In this document: piece by piece, positions 63,781 to 64,000 of the stretch
How the letters are laid out: each line of letters opens with the position of its first letter
Position numbering within the stretch: position 1 is the first letter of the stretch
DNA from: Camelus dromedarius
Lineage: Eukaryota
Direction: 5' to 3'
NCBI RefSeq assembly: GCF_036321535.1
Contig: NC_087437.1
Coordinates: 54,004,001 to 54,068,000 of the forward strand
DNA length: 64,000 bases
The notes under the pieces: model-generated
What the model saw: only the letters and a program-made list of their open reading frames with translations
The model's database searches: none
What the model was told of the DNA's origin: nothing
Translations under genes and position numbers: made by a program

Positions 63781-64000
63781 CAATCAGCTCATAGTCTCAG
63801 CTAAGAAAAATGACAGGAGTTCTACAATTCAAGGCAAAATAAAATATTTTCCAAAAAGTCATCGCATTCCTCTCCTCCCAGCTGAATGAAGCCCTGTGAA
63901 TTTGTGCTCACAGTCTGAAGAGCTCTGGAGGGCCTGTCAAGAAGGTATTGTATAAACCTTATCTCAGAGATATATTCTTGAGAACTTGTTTACATGACAG

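Overview
Mammalian non-coding genomic DNA, very probably from a camelid (camel, alpaca or llama). The evidence is one Vic-1-type tRNA-derived SINE, two camelid-type L1 3' ends, and no recognisable Alu, B1/B2, Bov-A/tA, PRE-1 or SINEC elements. I found no credible protein-coding exon or RNA gene. The ORF track is explained by L1 ORF1/ORF2 remnants, microsatellites, GC-rich sequence and chance, so the window is intergenic or part of a large intron. It is dominated by old repeats: MIR, L2, L1M/HAL1, MLT1/MLT2/LTR16 solo LTRs and hAT MITEs (MER3, MER5, MER58). The most notable locus is 24.87-26.82 kb. It is a 5'-intact, 3'-truncated L1 with no poly(A) and a candidate 14-bp target-site duplication. 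Its 5'UTR forms the only CpG island in the window, carries antisense splice donors, and is interrupted by a younger L1 3' end; a consensus CTCF motif lies about 1 kb downstream. Other observations are a 60-bp local templated copy, an inverted (twin-priming-like) L1, and a MER41-like LTR with NF-kB and GATA motifs. I cannot support a claim of a new biological system. Repeat family names come from recalled consensus sequences, most repeat boundaries are approximate, and all need RepeatMasker/Dfam confirmation.
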